A stretch of DNA of 64,000 nucleotides, from NCBI GenBank assembly GCA_963847705.1, contig CAWKBC010000047.1:64001-128000 (forward strand), written 5' to 3'. The notes under the pieces are model-generated. The model did not search any database and was not told the origin of the DNA. It saw only the letters and a program-made list of their open reading frames with translations. Both the position numbers and the translations under genes were made by a program. Each line of letters starts with the position of its first letter. Position 1 is the first letter of the stretch. The stretch is from an uncultured Pseudomonadota bacterium (GTDB taxonomy: Bacteria; Myxococcota_A; Polyangia; Fen-1088). Shown here piece after piece: positions 61,301 through 64,000 of this stretch.

Positions 61301-62391
61301 CCGCGGCGGCTTGGGTGTCGAACGTCGCTTCGCGGGTCGATCGTTGGCGGCTGCGGCGCGTGCTGGCGTTCAGCGGTGTCGTGATCCTGCCGGCCATCCT
61401 GTCGCTGCTGACGCTCCGCTACGCGCTTCCCTCACGCCTGGCGGTCGCGGGCGGAGGGGTGACGGGCCTTCTCGCAGGGCTGGCCGACGGCTATCCCCTG
61501 TTCGTCGGCCTGGTGATCTTCGTGGCTCTGTCCGAGACCGTCCGATACTGGGGGAAACGCTGGCGTGACGGCGCGTCGGATCTCCAGCCGCGCGCGCGGC
61601 CGTTCGACGTTCGCCGCCTGGCGGTCGGCCTTTTCGCGGTCGTCGTCCTGGCGTTCGTGACGCGGACCTCGCTGGTCGCGACGTACCGGGTCGTGGGCCC
61701 GTCGATGCTGCCGACCCTGGAGATCGGCGATCGGCTGCTCGTGAACCGCCTGGCCTACGGCGTGAAGCTCCCGTTCACGAAGACCTATCTGGGCAAGAAG
61801 TTGCCCAGACGCGGCGACCTGGTCGTGTTTTCGGGCGAAGCGGGCGCCGGGCCCAGCGGGCCCCGGACGTTGGTCAAGCGAGTCATCGGGGTGCCGGGTG
61901 ATCTGATCTCTTTCCGGGACGGCAGCCTTCAAGTCAACGACTGGCGCGTTCCGAGCTGTGACGCAGGCCCGTACACCCAGATGGACGGTCGGCTGACGGT
62001 CCGCGGTCGTCTCACCGTGGAGTATCTCGGAGACCGCACCTATCTGACGGTGCGCAAGCCGGTCGAGAGCCCGTTTTCGGGATATCTCGTGAAGGCGAAC
62101 GAAGTATTCGTGGTGGGCGACGATCGGGGGGTGAGCAGCGATTCTCGCGCCTGGAACGAGGGGCGCGGCGCCGGGGTTCCGATCGACGTCCTCGACGGGC
62201 GGGTCTCGCGCGTCCTGTTTGGCGCGCGTCCCGACGGACGCCTCGATTTCTCGCGCGTGCTCGCGCCAGCGCTCGACCTCAGGGTCCGTATCCCGGGCAT
62301 CGACACCCACAAGGCGGACGAACGGATCGCCAACTGCCTCAACAGGCGACCGACCACGACCTCGCCTCCGCCGGGCCTCGCGGCGCTCTGA
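61297..62391 (+). CDS. lepB: Signal peptidase I with extended multi-TM N-terminus
   Basis: GTGA overlap with the cytochrome stop; GPSMLPTL (Ser), LVKRVIGVPGD (Lys), GDDRGVSSDSR. Confidence 0.92.
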   Translation: MTAAAWVSNVASRVDRWRLRRVLAFSGVVILPAILSLLTLRYALPSRLAVAGGGVTGLLAGLADGYPLFVGLVIFVALSETVRYWGKRWRDGASDLQPRARPFDVRRLAVGLFAVVVLAFVTRTSLVATYRVVGPSMLPTLEIGDRLLVNRLAYGVKLPFTKTYLGKKLPRRGDLVVFSGEAGAGPSGPRTLVKRVIGVPGDLISFRDGSLQVNDWRVPSCDAGPYTQMDGRLTVRGRLTVEYLGDRTYLTVRKPVESPFSGYLVKANEVFVVGDDRGVSSDSRAWNEGRGAGVPIDVLDGRVSRVLFGARPDGRLDFSRVLAPALDLRVRIPGIDTHKADERIANCLNRRPTTTSPPPGLAAL

Positions 62392-62583
62392 GCGCCGAGC
62401 CACCAATCACCCGGGCCCTTCGACGCGATGCCGTTGCCGGTCGTGTCCGCTCTGGCGGCGAGCCCGGCTGCTCCGGCTCCCGCGGACAAGAGTGCGGCGC
62501 CTGCGATCGACGGTCTCCTTCGAACCTCTTTCGACCACGCTGGCCGAGCAACCTGGATTCGGCGGGGCGCAAAGCGCTCTCAC

Positions 62584-62619
62584 AAAAAAGGGCCCTTCCA
62601 CCAGACGGCGGAAGGGCCC
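62584..62619 (-). terminator. Rho-independent terminator of the minus-strand gene
   Basis: Minus strand GGGCCCTTCCGCC-GTCT-GGTGGAAGGGCCC-TTTTTT, 22 nt after the stop. Confidence 0.85.
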
Positions 62620-62641
62620 CCACTCGCCAACTGACTTCAGA

Positions 62642-64000
62642 CTAGAACGTCTCGGTCGCCTCGGGGATGGCGACGCCGTTGACGTCGGTCAGCTGGCCCG
62701 CACCGGTGCACGCGTCGCCGTTGCTGCCGGCGCCGCAGCCACCGAGCGCCACGTTGCCCGAGCCCTGGACGTTCGGGGCCGGGGTGCCGGTGCCCTGGGT
62801 CTCCGGGTAGTCGACGCAGCTGACGCCCGCCGGAACCGGGACGAACCCGTTGTTGGTCATGGCGCTGGTCATGATGCTGTTCGTTCCGTAGCACTGGGCC
62901 AGCTCCTTCTCGTGTCCCTGCAGGTTGCCGAACCCGTAGATGGTGGAGAACCAGAGCCGGCGAGCCAGCGGGTAGAGCGGCGTGGTGCCGGGGGCCGCCA
63001 ACAGGTTCTTGATCGGGGCATCCGGGTCCCCGGTCAGGGCAAACGGCGGGGTGCCGTTGATGGTCAGACCCTTGAGCGTCTGCGGCGTCGGGTTGCCCGC
63101 GATGCCCGGGAAGCCCTGAGCCGCTTCACGACCTGCGTAGCCGACGCTGCAGGGATCGGAGTCGGTCAAGCAGCCAATCGTCGACGTGTCGTCGTTCTCC
63201 TGGCAGACACCGGTCGTTCCGGTCTCTGAGCCCACGCCGGCCGCGTAGTTGGCGCCCGGGACCACCGAGTGGATGCGGTGGAACCCTCCGACGAGGATGC
63301 GGGGCACCGGTGCGGTGGCGTCGACCGAGAACTGGAAGGTCCCGGTGCGGAAGGCAGACGGGATCTGGCTCGACGGCACCATCGTCACGAGGTTGTACCG
63401 GCGACCGTCGGGCTTGCCGCCGACGACGTCGACGCACTTGGTGGTGTTCGCAGCGATGCAGCGCGGGTCGGGCGCGCTGGCCGAACCGGCGAACGGCATG
63501 AAGCACAAGTTGCCACCGCTCGGGGGAAGGCCGTTGGGGCAGAGGAAGCCCGGGTACTTGCTGGCCTGGCTAACCTTGAAGGCCGGGAACGGGTTGCAAG
63601 CCGCGGTGCAGACCGTCTGGGGATAGAGGTCGGCAGTGTGCGTGGCGGCCGCATCGGGGATGAGGATCGGAAGAACCACGCCGAGGTCGCCGGCGAAGTT
63701 GCCGCCCGAGGTCGTCAGGTTCTTGAATCCCGAGCAGACGGTGTCCACGCCCGGAACGCAGTTCGTGCGAACCGGATCGGCGTCCGAGAAGTCGGCCGAG
63801 CCGCCCGGCGTGATCGGGGCGGGAACCGTGTTGGCGTCGACCGAGTTGCAGAACGGATTCGACTTGGCGACGGCGCCCGGGGCCGCGGGCGGGCCGAGGA
63901 GCGACGGCAGCGCGCCGATACCGACCGCCACAGCCGCGCCCTTCCCGTTGGACACGGTGCCGGCCGGCGGGTTGATGATGCTCACGAAGGCGTCCGTCGT
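62642..64000 (-). CDS. Cys-rich, probably secreted protein with PstS/PBP-like C-terminus (5' truncated by window)
   Basis: More than 447 aa, many Cys; SVGYAG...YPLARRLWF...NNGFVP resembles the end of PstS-type binding folds. Confidence 0.7.
   Translation of the reverse strand, partial: TTDAFVSIINPPAGTVSNGKGAAVAVGIGALPSLLGPPAAPGAVAKSNPFCNSVDANTVPAPITPGGSADFSDADPVRTNCVPGVDTVCSGFKNLTTSGGNFAGDLGVVLPILIPDAAATHTADLYPQTVCTAACNPFPAFKVSQASKYPGFLCPNGLPPSGGNLCFMPFAGSASAPDPRCIAANTTKCVDVVGGKPDGRRYNLVTMVPSSQIPSAFRTGTFQFSVDATAPVPRILVGGFHRIHSVVPGANYAAGVGSETGTTGVCQENDDTSTIGCLTDSDPCSVGYAGREAAQGFPGIAGNPTPQTLKGLTINGTPPFALTGDPDAPIKNLLAAPGTTPLYPLARRLWFSTIYGFGNLQGHEKELAQCYGTNSIMTSAMTNNGFVPVPAGVSCVDYPETQGTGTPAPNVQGSGNVALGGCGAGSNGDACTGAGQLTDVNGVAIPEATETF

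Overview
Very GC-rich bacterial DNA, most consistent with Myxococcota (MYXO-CTERM sorting signals, Myxococcus Cys-rich repeats, myxobacterial-type T3SS genes); taxonomy is inferred. About 1-52 kb is mostly housekeeping: mfd, two PPIases, typA, a ppx/pit/porin phosphate cluster, an M16 peptidase pair, nagA, miaE, aroC, a MacAB-TolC-type exporter, manC/PMM, hisD and an alginate lyase. Within it lie an isolated three-gene T3SS ATPase module and a 5.6-kb C25-peptidase/LamG gene with an internal MYXO-CTERM plus second signal peptide, which looks like a polyprotein. The last ~12 kb is the best candidate for an undescribed system. It holds a sigma54 activator, a Cyc2-like monoheme cytochrome-beta-barrel fusion, a duplicated-domain membrane protein with an internal signal peptide, a Cys-rich lipoprotein, a four-heme lipoprotein cytochrome (broken by three +1 frameshifts), a coupled signal peptidase I and a Cys-rich PstS-like protein. 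All calls come from reading motifs by eye; no searches were run. No rRNA, tRNA, CRISPR array or transposase was recognised.
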